This document shows, piece by piece, positions 24,301-34,430 of a stretch of DNA of 64,000 bases (position 1 is its first letter; each line of letters opens with the position of its first letter). Origin of the DNA: an uncultured Rivularia sp. (GTDB taxonomy: Bacteria > Cyanobacteriota > Cyanobacteriia > Cyanobacteriales > Nostocaceae); NCBI GenBank assembly GCA_963665115.1, contig OY762007.1:288001-352000 (forward strand), read 5' to 3'. A program made the position numbers and the translations under genes. The notes under the pieces were generated by a model, which was not told where the DNA came from, made no database searches, and saw only the letters and a program-made list of their open reading frames with translations.

Positions 24301-25216
24301 TGCTTGCCCACTTTTATCTCCAGCTTCTTGCGCCAGAGGTAATGCTTGGTTAAAGTATTTAAGTGCTTGCTGATTGTCTCCTAAATTCAAGTAGACTTTA
24401 CCAATATTGCCCAGAGTTGCTGCTAGCCCACGCTTATCCTTGAGTTTCCCGTGTTAGAGGTAATGCTTGGTTGTAATATTTCAGTGCTTGCTGTTTGTCT
24501 CCTAAATCACTGTAAACACCACCAATATTACTCAAAGTTGTTGCTTCTCCATTTTTATCCCGAAGCTTCCGGAATATAACTAATGCTTGGTTGTAGTATT
24601 TGAGTGCTTGCTGTTTATCTCCTAAATCCGAGTAGTTACCACCAATATTATTAAGGGTTGCTGCTTCCCCACTTTTATCATCAACTTCCTGTCTTATAGG
24701 TAATGCTTGGTTGTAATATTTAAGTGCAAGTTGCTTGTTCCCTAAATCGTCGTAGATACTACCAATATTATTGAGTATTATTCCTTCACCATGTTTATTT
24801 TTAATTTCCCGCGACAGAGGTAATGCTTGATTGTAGTATTTTAACGCCTGCTGCTTATCTCCTAAATTGCTATAAACACGACCAATACCAAGTAAAATAT
24901 TAGCTTCCCATCCTTTATCGTCTACTTTCCGCCATAAAGGAAGCGATTCTTCCCATTTTTTAATAGCCTGCTTTAATGATTCTGCGGTTCCTTGCTTAAA
25001 TAAGTCAAATCCTTCATCTCTCAACTTTTCCGCTTGTTTACGAATTGCTTGATTATCAGTCACTCCCTGCTGCTGCGCTATTTGCAAACCCTCACTTCTC
25101 GGTATCGCACTTACCGATTCTCCAACAAAGACAATACCGAGCAATGCACTCAAACCGAAACGCGCTAAGTTACGTATGACAAACCGCGAATAATTGTTTT
25201 TTCTAAGTTCTTTCAT
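21309..25216 (-). CDS. Exported TPR-CHAT protein, copy 2, 16 TPR units; apparent frameshifts near 24446 and 22021
   Basis: ORFs 24434-25237, 21991-24390 and 21309-21914 join by removing one base at each junction; CHAT region nearly identical to copy 1. Confidence 0.85.
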
Positions 25217-25464
25217 GTTTTTATACAGGTAAGTCAAAATATCTAAAATTAATATTAGTTAGACCAGCATCAAATTTTAAGTAGATATAATTTAGGCACC
25301 CTTGTATCTCGCTGTATACATATATCTTTCTTTGTAAGCGATTTTACGTAAACGCGATTATTATTTTATATCTTTTTCAAATATTATGATTGCCGAAAGC
25401 GGTATTGACTTTTCTGTACGAAGATGTATGACGATGGCACTTACACAATCGCAGCAATAAAATG

Positions 25465-25714
25465 AGCATCCCAATTGTTGAGATCCCCCCAACCCACGCC
25501 ACTTCCTACAACGGAGCGCCATTTGCTACAACCGAGGGAACCTCGGCAACGCAATGGCTTGGGAACCTCCGCAACGGAGTGGCTCCCCTTAAAAAAGGGG
25601 GGCTTTTCGTTAGCCTACGCAGGGGGGCTTTTCGTTAGCCTACGCAGGGGGGTTTTTCGTTAGCCCACGCAGGTGGGCTTTGTTTGTGTAGCCCCACTCT
25701 TATAGAGTGAGGGC
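25465..25714. repeat. Nested stack of small dispersed repeats plus three ~24-bp tandem units
   Basis: Element cgcca...caacg...tggct nested within a sibling, inside a ccccccaaccc/ccccttaaaaaaggggg element; then (ttttcgttagcc.acgcagg.ggg)x3. Confidence 0.75.
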
Positions 25715-25791
25715 GTTATTGATAACTGCTCACAGCGAATTAATTTTTTCGTCACAATATAAAGATGTATTGAAAACGCGAATTAATAATC

Positions 25792-27172
25792 ATGACATCT
25801 ACTCACAATCTGCCACCAACGGTTAAAATGCCTAAATTCATCAGACGGATGAAGTTTGTTTTTCAACCTTTTGAATACCTTGAGCAAAACGCTCAAACTT
25901 ACGGTGATACTTTTAGTCTTCCGCAAAAGGATGGTACTAGTACGGTTTATTTTGGTCAACCCGAAGCGTTGCAACAGATTTTTACGGCTGATTCTAATTC
26001 TCTTGAAAGTGGTAGGGGAAGCCGGATTTTGAAGTTTATGGTTGGGGATAATTCTGTGTTGCTATTACAGGGCGATCGCCACCAGCGTCAGCGTAAGTTA
26101 TTGTCTCCTCCTTTTCATGGGGATAGGATGCGGGCTTATGGAATGACTATGTGCGAAATTGCTCGGCAGGTAAGCGATGAATGGGAGACGGGGAAACCTT
26201 TCAGTATCCGGGAGTCGATGCAGGAAATTACTTTGAGCATAATTTTACGAGCAGTTTTTGGTTTGGATGAAGGAAATCGCTTGGAGAAAATTCGTCTAAA
26301 AATTTCTTCGCTATTGGATTTTTTGAGTTCTCCTTTGTTGTCTGCTGGTATGTTTTTCCCGGTTTTACAAAAGGATTGGGGTAATTGGAGTCCTTGGGGT
26401 AGGGTTTTATACTTACGCAAGCAAATTGATGATTTAATTTATGCTTTAATTGATGAACGTCGCGCTGAATCCAATCAAAATCGTGAAGATATTTTAAGTT
26501 TAATGATGTCTGCACGCTATGAAGATGGTGGAGCAATGTCAAACGAAGAATTACGTGATGAATTAATGACACTGCTATTTGCAGGACATGAAACAACTGC
26601 TTCTGCTTTGACTTGGGCTTTTTACTGGGTTGATTATTTACCAGAAGTACGGGAAAAATTATTCAAGGAATTAAATGATTTAGGCGAAAATCCAGAACCC
26701 AACGCGGTTGCTAAATTGCCTTATTTAACAGCAGTTTGTCAAGAAACTTTGCGTATTTATCCTATTGTTCCGAGTGCTACTCCTAGAATTGCATCATCTC
26801 CGATTGAAATTGGTGGCTATCAATTACCAGAAGGTACGTGGATAATTCCCAGTATTTATTTAGCACACTACCGCGAAGAAGTTTTTCCAGAAACCAAAGC
26901 AGTTTAAACCAGAAAGATTTTTAGAAAGACAGTTTAGTTCCTATGAATTTTTCCCCTTCGGTGGTGGGAATCGTCGCTGTATCGGATTAGCTTTTGCTAT
27001 GTATGAAATGAAGCTAGTTCTAGCAACAATTTTATCGCAATACGAAGTATCAAGAACAGATAAGCGTCCGTTAACACCCGTGCGTCGGGGCTTAACTTTA
27101 GCCACACCGGGAGGAATGAAGATGGTTGCAAAACCCATTAAGAAAGTTGCGAATAAACCTGTAGCGGTGTAG
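25792..27172 (+). CDS. Cytochrome P450 (CYP110-like); apparent frameshift near 26892
   Basis: AGHETTA, ETLR, and after the shift FKPERF and FGGGNRRCIG heme motif; stop TAG 27170-27172. Confidence 0.9.
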
Positions 27173-27197
27173 AGATGTAGCATTTCTACGTCTATTC

Positions 27198-27262
27198 TTG
27201 TAGGGTATGTTACGGCTTTGAATAATTTTATTTAAGCTTATAAATTAAATATTGCCGTAACG
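27198..27262 (+). repeat. 65-bp GTAG hairpin repeat, left of vapBC
   Basis: Identical to 28063-28127; related reverse copy at 44547-44613. Confidence 0.85.
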
Positions 27263-27317
27263 TACCTTAGTTGATAAAGGTATGATTAAAACAATCCCTA
27301 GAATTATTATTGATTAG

Positions 27318-27623
27318 TTGCCGGAGATAGACATGGAAACGATAAAATTAAAAGGGCATATTGGGACAGACGGTATATTACAAATTCAAACATCCACCAA
27401 TTTAAAAGATACTTCTGTTGAGGTTGTGATGGTTGTACAGCCATTATCTAATGCAAAAGCTGCACTATCTGAAGAAGACGAAGCACGCTATAATGCTTGG
27501 GGTAAGCCTACAACCAGAAAATCAATAAGGAATGCAATTACTAGAATGCAACAGTTGCGGCAGAAAGTTGCTTTAGATAAAGCCTCAATCCGTTCCATGA
27601 TAGAAGAGGGACGAAGATTTTAA
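27318..27623 (+). CDS. Putative antitoxin of a VapBC pair
   Basis: Small ORF whose stop overlaps the PIN gene start (TAATG); C-terminal ..IEEGRR motif typical of partners of this VapC group. Confidence 0.7.
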   Translation: MPEIDMETIKLKGHIGTDGILQIQTSTNLKDTSVEVVMVVQPLSNAKAALSEEDEARYNAWGKPTTRKSIRNAITRMQQLRQKVALDKASIRSMIEEGRRF

Positions 27624-28033
27624 TGCAGTTTGTTTTAGATTGTTCTGTCGCAATCAGTTGGTGTTTGGTGGATGAAAATAATGATTACGCTAATAGCATA
27701 CTGGCAATGATGCCCGATTGTGAAGCATTTGTACCTGCAATTTGGTCGTTAGAAATTGCGAATGTTTTGTTAGTGGCTGAACGACGTAACCGCATGACAA
27801 CTGAACAATCAGAAGAAGCTATTACCTTGCTACAGTCGTTGTTAATTCAAGTTGATACGGTTACAGAGGCAAAAGCATTAAGTACAACATTTAGATTAGG
27901 ACGACAGGAAGCTTTAGCATCTTATGATGCAGCTTATTTAGAATTGGCGCTGCGACTAGGAATACCACTAGCTACAACTGATACGAGGTTAGCAGAAGCG
28001 GCTACCAGATGTAGTGTGAATTTGGTTATTTAA
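27623..28033 (+). CDS. vapC: PIN-domain ribonuclease toxin VapC
   Basis: FVLDCSVA, LEIANVL, SYDAAYLELA, LATTD acidic PIN motifs. Confidence 0.88.
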   Translation: MQFVLDCSVAISWCLVDENNDYANSILAMMPDCEAFVPAIWSLEIANVLLVAERRNRMTTEQSEEAITLLQSLLIQVDTVTEAKALSTTFRLGRQEALASYDAAYLELALRLGIPLATTDTRLAEAATRCSVNLVI

Positions 28034-28062
28034 AACGGAAAAAGAGCGAATTAAAAAATTTT

Positions 28063-28127
28063 TTGTAGGGTATGTTACGGCTTTGAATAATTTTATTTAA
28101 GCTTATAAATTAAATATTGCCGTAACG
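28063..28127 (+). repeat. 65-bp GTAG hairpin repeat, right of vapBC
   Basis: Identical to 27198-27262. Confidence 0.85.
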
Positions 28128-28137
28128 CACCATTGTT

Positions 28138-28485
28138 TTATCTTTCAGCGATACCGTTAACAATTAATGTTTCTCTATACAGCCAAGCTTCCCTGGCTGT
28201 TTTAAAACCACTCATCCACTTATCTTCTTGATTATCTTTAGTTTTATATCCCATTTTCCAAGTGTCGTTTTTAAAACAATAAAATATTTTATACAGCATC
28301 ACTGGTTGAGCAAAATCATTTCCATAATCGTGCCCGTATTCTATCTTTGTACCGTCTTCTCGAATACCATAAAAACGGCGTTTGTCTTTGTTTACATGGA
28401 CTTCAACTACATCGCCTAAATGCTTGGAGTGTAAAGTAATAACTCCATTTTTGATAGTATGAAATTTCTGATTATGGGTAGCCAT
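28138..28485 (-). CDS. Hypothetical protein
   Basis: 115-aa ATG-initiated ORF; C-terminal GFKTAREAW resembles an AP2/Arm-type DNA-binding motif (weak). Confidence 0.55.
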   Translation of the reverse strand: MATHNQKFHTIKNGVITLHSKHLGDVVEVHVNKDKRRFYGIREDGTKIEYGHDYGNDFAQPVMLYKIFYCFKNDTWKMGYKTKDNQEDKWMSGFKTAREAWLYRETLIVNGIAER

Positions 28486-28780
28486 TGATATATGAATGTC
28501 AAAATTAGAACTTTATAGTACTAGTATATTCTTCAAATTCTTTACCATCAATAGCTATATCCTAAAATCCAAAATTTAAAATCGTGGTGCGTTTCGCTAT
28601 ACCTAATGCCATCCTACAGAAATCCAAAATCCGTTGTTAGACAGATGCTAATACACCGCTTTAACTACTTAAACCCACCCCCGTCGTCTCCCTCCGTTGA
28701 GGGGAGTGGTGTTAGCGCAGCGAGGCGTAGCCAGAGGGCACAGAGGTAAGAGCCGTTCAAGGAGTCAATTTTAAAACCAA

Positions 28781-29507
28781 TCACTTCCGAACCAGAAAAG
28801 CAAAGTTATCTTGTAAACTAGTAAGTTCATCAGTAGATGCTTGTAACTGACTAACTTGCCGATCGTCTGTTAGATCGGCAGTACGCAATTTATTTTGGAT
28901 TTGTTGCAATACCCCAGCAGAATCTTGAATTAAAGTATAAAGACTGGTAATTTGTGCGGTGCGGGCGTTTTGTCCTTCTTCTGCTAATTGAATATTGCGT
29001 TGCAAACTGTTGCTAAGTTGGTCTAAATGTTGACTTGCAATACCTGAAGCAGAAGAACGTTTTGTTTCTACTTCTTGTAATTGCTGTTGTAAATCGTTAA
29101 CTGACAATAAAGAATTAGCACCGTGAATTCTTCTACCTAATTCGTCAATTTTAACTGGTAGTTCAATTGCTCTTTGACAAGCTTCTTGCACTGCTACCAA
29201 TAAATCCATTTCAAAGGAACCGCGACTCAATAATTGATTGGCTTCCTGACTTAACGTCTGTGCTTTTTCTGCTAAAGTTTTTGCCGAAGTTTGCAGCATT
29301 TCTAATTCTCTTTGTATCTGCTGCTGAGCAATTTTTTGAGCATCAGGTTTCTCTCGATTTCATCGCAGCAGCACCACCTGTAGCGACTGCGGCGGCTGCT
29401 GGTAAAGCAATAAAATTAGGTAATCCAACAAACCGAACACCAGCGATAAGAATAACGCCACCGGCAAGTACGGCAATTGGGTAATAAAGAGGGTTTGCTA
29501 GTTTCAT
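28781..29507 (-). CDS. Membrane-anchored coiled-coil hypothetical protein; apparent frameshift near 29349
   Basis: MKLANPLYYPIAVLAGGVILIAGVRFVGL... joins the 172-aa ORF after removing one A in gagaAacct. Confidence 0.7.
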
Positions 29508-29584
29508 GATTAAATTTGGGGATTGGGCAAAGTAGATAATTAATTCTTAACTCCTAACTCATTGATAATTGATAATTGTTCATT

Positions 29585-29870
29585 GATAACTGATTTAAAG
29601 AGTACTTCGGGGTTGAATTCTCCTTCGTTTCTGTAACCTACTGTGAAAAAGGCTATACGTTTATCGCTGCTAAAGTTACTTTTTTCCAATTCTTGACGCA
29701 GTTGCTTTAAATTAATTTTGGATTCAGAATCATCACCATCTGTGAGTATAACTACAGCGTTAATGGCATTTTTTTTCAATCAGTTACGCGCTTGTAGCGC
29801 GGAATCGTACAGCCGGGTACCGCCATCAGCCTCTAAGCTACCGATAAATTGTATTCCGTTTGCTTTTAGT
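29585..29870 (-). pseudogene. Truncated vWA-domain gene fragment
   Basis: LEADGGTRLYDSALQARN* then AVVILTDGDDS and FFTVGY; internal stop, no N-terminus, 3' end replaced by STRR. Confidence 0.75.
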
Positions 29871-30513
29871 AATAGACTTCCCTCAAATGTAATAAAAATG
29901 AACAATTTTAGAAAAATACGTAATACGAGTTCTTCAAGTTGTTGTTAAAAATTGCATATTTATTGCTCTAACGCGGAGGGATAGGATAAAACAGTTTTTA
30001 AGTATTCCGTATAATACTTAATCAGTCTGTCACTGCAAATTTATGAAAAAAGTCCGTTTACAAAAAGGCTAATTTTTAGCTATTCAGCAGATTTACCCTT
30101 TTTTTTAACAACACTTAATTTTTGTGGAAAAAGTATTCAGTTTGCAAATCTAAGGGAATAGGAAGTAGGGAATAAAAAATAGTATTTCCTCATCTGATGT
30201 GCAGCTAAGTTAAATAACACAGAAGCGCCAGATTATTGTAGTGCGTTAGCGAAGCGTGTCTGAAAGACAAGCATCTTGCTCGCTTGCGATATACAAATTA
30301 AATGCGTAACAGCTTATTAATCTCAATTCATACAACTTCTTTTCTTTTTCTAATAAGCTCGGCTATAACCAATTTTAATATTTTACTTTAATAAAAGTAA
30401 AAATAAATACTTAACTTTTCGTAAAAACACTTGGAATGTCCTGATAACTAAATGGAGGAAGAATTTTGAAAATAAATCCTCCTGCTATATATAGTTTACA
30501 AATAATTAGAAAA

Positions 30514-31026
30514 ATGAAAACGATCGCATTCTGGGATAAGTTAAATAACCTAAGCCTAGAGAGGGTTGCATATAAACTTATGTCCTCTAGAGGATGGACT
30601 CCTGAAAAAACACAAGTGGCAATTAGTCGCTACAAATTATTCTTATATCTTAAATCGGTTTACCCTGCTACGGGATTAGTCCCTACCTCAGAAATTGATG
30701 CAGTTTGGCACGCTCATATTGAGGTGAATTTACTTCACTATATTCATGACACAAATTATTTGTTTGGTTATACTTTGAATCATCTTTCCGCTGTAAATGA
30801 AACTGAAGAAATGCGTCGAATTTACGGACAAGCTTCAAGTGAAACTACAGCTTTATTTGAACAGATATTCGGAGCAGGAGTTTTAGAAAATACATCTTTT
30901 CAGACTGCTGCTTGTGCGGATATTCCCATAGATACTAGTCCTGCTGCTTGTGCCGATTTACCGATTGTTCCCAATGCTTATAGACAATTATCAATTATCA
31001 ATGAACCAATGATAACTGTTAATTGA
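30514..31026 (+). CDS. Glycine-rich-domain-containing-protein-like (GRDP/DUF1399-like) protein with repeated AACAD[IL]P tail
   Basis: W...AI.RY..FL.L...VPT.EID.VWHAH...Y..D...FG..L.H motif; ATG at 30514 preferred. Confidence 0.75.
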   Translation: MKTIAFWDKLNNLSLERVAYKLMSSRGWTPEKTQVAISRYKLFLYLKSVYPATGLVPTSEIDAVWHAHIEVNLLHYIHDTNYLFGYTLNHLSAVNETEEMRRIYGQASSETTALFEQIFGAGVLENTSFQTAACADIPIDTSPAACADLPIVPNAYRQLSIINEPMITVN

Positions 31027-31034
31027 TAACTGAT

Positions 31035-33324
31035 TTAATTTGCCAGTAAAGCATACATTTCTTGGGCTTCTGCACTCATTTTTAAACTATCAAAGCTTTC
31101 CGCTGCTTCTTTTGCTAAACGGTGGGCAAGAAAACCATTTCCACAAGCCTTTTCAAGTTTAGCGAATGTTGCTTTATGGAAAGCAATAATCCGCTTATCT
31201 TTGTGCCTTTGTGCCATTGGTAAGCTAAATTCTAACAGTTTTCGGCAAGCGGATAAATCACCGTTTAACATCGCTATATCTGCCAACCAATTGTTAATAG
31301 CTGCGGTTGCTTTTTGCCATCCTATTTGCTGTGCTTCGATCGATGCTTGCTCAAAAGTTATTTGTGCTTGCTGATAATGCCCTTCCCGATAAAATATCTG
31401 TCCTTGGTAATATAAATTCTGAACTTGCTGTTCCTGATATGCTGCTTTTTCAAGGTTGGCTTGTTCCAAAAGCTGTTGCTTTAATGTCAACCATTCTTGT
31501 GCTTGCTGCAACTGTGAAAGATGAACATGCAAGATTACCATGTTTGCAGCTAACTCTAACTGAAAACTCAACGTTTGATGCTGCCGTAAATCCCATGCTT
31601 CTTGCAATAACACTTGTGCTTCTTGCAACTGATCGACAGAGCGCATTCTCACCAAAGTCCAAGCGCGATCGCACATTGCTTCTAATGCTGTAACCCAATC
31701 GCCAGCTTGCTTTGCTGATTCAATTAACCAGGCACTCCATGCTAAACGTTCATCCCAATATCCACGGATATGAACGTAACCTTTTATCCGCGACCACAAA
31801 GTTTTTACGTCAGAATATCTATTTTCAGAAATACACCATTCTAATACTGCTTGCAGATTTTCCCATTCAACTTCTAAATATTCATAGCTCAAATGCCATT
31901 CTTTCCAATCTTCATTTTCAAATGATTCGGAAAATTTAAGATACCAATTAACCCAGCGCTGGCGTAATTCTTGCGCGAATTGTGGATTTGTATATAATTC
32001 TGCCCAAGCATATTCGCGAGTCAAGGCTGCTAAACTGTAACGTTCTGAGGATCGATAAATCAAGGAAAGTTGTTGCAACTTTACCAACCCTTGAGATATA
32101 ACAATTGGATCTGGTTTCTCGAAAGCTACGTTGGCTAAGGTTTCCTTGCTAACTGAAGCGATGAAAAGAGTTAGAGCTATTAATAAAGAATAAGGTGGGG
32201 AGTTTCTTAGAGGATTTATTGAAGTAGTAAAGCAAAAACGAGCAATATCTCCTTGAGGATTTTTAATTAATAAAAGTACGTCTTCGAGTAAATAACCAGC
32301 AGCCATCTGTCCCGATAGCGTAAATCATTGCTGCTGGTACTCCGCTTACTGCTTCATAGATTTGCTGCGATTCTGGATTAGTTAAATTAACGTTTTTCTC
32401 TTTAGCTTCGTGTTGAATTAGCCGCAAACTATGTTCTTTGGGCAAAGAATTAAGACGTATTGGTACGAATAATGTTTGTTCGCGAGTGGTAAGAATTACT
32501 TTAACCGTTGGTGGCAAGTCGTAGAGAAAGGAAAGAACTTCTTGTTTGTCTTCAATGGTTTCTAAGTTATCAACAATCAATAAAGTTTTAATCTGGGAAA
32601 GTTTATGACGAATAACTTCAATTTGCTCTTGCAAAGATAAATTATTGATTTCGGAAAATTCAAAAATACGAGCGATTTCTCGGCATATATCGCGTAAAGT
32701 GCGCTGATAAATTAATCTCGGTAAAAGTCCGATAGAAGTAAGATGATTTTGCTTGGCAGATGTAAAGATAATGGCTTCAAAAGCAGGCGAATTAGAAACA
32801 AAACAGCGATAAGCAACTTCTACAGCCAAAGTAGTTTTACCTACCCCACCAATCCCATCGACGCTAATTAAATGAGCGGAATGCCTGTAATCCAAGAGTT
32901 CCATCAATCGCGCTACTTCGCGATCGCGTCCCACAAAAGTGCTATATTCCCGTGCGGGTAAGTTTTGCACGATTGAAAGTTTTTGGCTTTCTACTGAAGT
33001 CGAATCAGCAATTTCTGTCTGCTGACTATTTACTAATGAGTATTCGGAGTTGTTTTTTGGTGACAGCTTGGCTTTGCGTTGTTCCCATTGGTTGCTTAAG
33101 AAAATCCTGAGTCGATTTTCTTTACCTCTACTACTACCGCTAACATTGAATTTCTTATAAACTTGACCCATCCTTTTTAGACAAGCGTCCGCAGAAGTAC
33201 CCAATTCCGAGGCTATTTCTTCGTAGCTCTTACCTTTCCCCATTCGCAGTAGAAAAACTTCCTCTTGATCGCGAGAAAGTTCTTGATTATGCGCCATTTC
33301 AGTCAAAAAATCGGTTGGGAACAT
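31035..33324 (-). CDS. STAND protein: N-terminal HTH, NB-ARC ATPase, TPR-like C-terminus; apparent frameshift near 32312
   Basis: QNLP..FVGR, GIGGVGKTT Walker A, LLIVDNLE Walker B, ILTTR; removing one G gives ...YAIGQMAAGY... continuous with 31035-32306. Confidence 0.82.
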
Positions 33325-33430
33325 TTTGCTAAAAATTGTTTTGGCTTAATATATTCTACCTTCTTATTGAGAGTTTACACGTATATCGGAGTAATTCGGA
33401 GTTTAAAGAAACAGTAAAGGTTCTATGTAA

Positions 33431-33514
33431 TACATTATTCCAGTAGCTAAGAATACTAATGTTTATGTAGGTGCTGGCTACCTTAGTGTTGGTGTTTCTG
33501 ATGATAGCCGTTGA
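33431..33514 (+). pseudogene. Short relic of an outer-membrane beta-barrel paralogue
   Basis: Translates YIIPVAKNTNVYVGAGYLSVGVSDDSR*, similar to YDLPIGEKANAYAGAG in the downstream gene. Confidence 0.5.
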
Positions 33515-33804
33515 AGGATATTTTTCTTAACGTCTTTACTATTTTCTTCGTTAACGTAAGACGGATGAGGAAATTCCGATGCTTTAAAATTATCGCTTTA
33601 CAAATACTTGCTTAATTTCCGGAGCTATTCAGAGCCATAAAGAATCTTTACTATAAGTTATTTTCCATACCGACATCTGAAAAAATACTGAGCTAATATT
33701 TTAAACACTCGGACTAAAAAACTTGCTTAGCAATCATATTGCTCAATTCTTTTGATATCCGAATAAATTCTGGTTGTAGCTAAAATTTATACTTAGGCAA
33801 TATT

Positions 33805-34281
33805 ATGCGACAGTTTTTCAAGTTTGCTGCAAAAGTCTCTGCTGTATCTGGGATTGCTTGTGCTTTGACTTTCGTATCTACATTGTCTGCTAACGCTCAA
33901 TCTGAAAAGGGTTTGGAAGGACATTACGTTGGTGGTAGTTTCCAAACTGGAAATGGAGTAACTGGGATTAGTATTTACGGACGATATGACGTTCGTCAGT
34001 TACCAATCTCTGTGAGAGGTAGTGTAGACGTAACTGATTTTTCTGGTGACACTTATACTCAATTTGCACCAGCCGTTACCTATGATTTACCTATCGGCGA
34101 AAAAGCAAATGCTTACGCTGGTGCTGGTTTAGTTTTCGGTGAAGGTGATTCTACAGCATTTTTGAATGCTGGCGCAGAAAAAGAAATTGCTACAAATGTA
34201 GTAGTTTTCGGCGATTTAAACATTCCTTTAGATAGTGATATCGATCCAGGCTTCGGTGTTGGGCTTGGCTATCGTTTCTAA
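33805..34281 (+). CDS. Small outer-membrane beta-barrel protein
   Basis: Signal peptide (ANA/Q), amphipathic beta strands, terminal VGLGYRF. Confidence 0.85.
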   Translation: MRQFFKFAAKVSAVSGIACALTFVSTLSANAQSEKGLEGHYVGGSFQTGNGVTGISIYGRYDVRQLPISVRGSVDVTDFSGDTYTQFAPAVTYDLPIGEKANAYAGAGLVFGEGDSTAFLNAGAEKEIATNVVVFGDLNIPLDSDIDPGFGVGLGYRF

Positions 34282-34430
34282 TATTTGACACTCCCCGGCG
34301 TGAACGCACGGGGATTCTTGGATCTAAGATATAACTTGCTCATGCAGGTTTTCACCAACATGAGTAGAGGTTTCATCTCCCCAAGCGTTTTCTGCGTCCA
34401 GCGCAAAAGTTCCGGTATGCCCTACCGTAC
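34265..34430 (-). ncRNA. Predicted omegaRNA of the TnpB at 34324-35514; guide would read atattagaaacgatagcc
   Basis: Overlaps tnpB 3' end and right-end hairpin, as established for IS200/IS605 TnpB; boundaries inferred. Confidence 0.55.

Noticed and set aside
25475..25663. 62-aa ORF
   Set aside because: Consists entirely of nested repeats.
25604..25680. Possible mini-CRISPR (three ~24-bp repeats)
   Set aside because: Head-to-tail with no unique spacers; slippage expansion of a REP arm.
27198..28127. Integron attC sites flanking vapBC
   Set aside because: Arms read GTTA...TAAC, the reverse of the attC RYYYAAC...GTTRRRY order, begin with GTAG like REPs, and no integrase is present.
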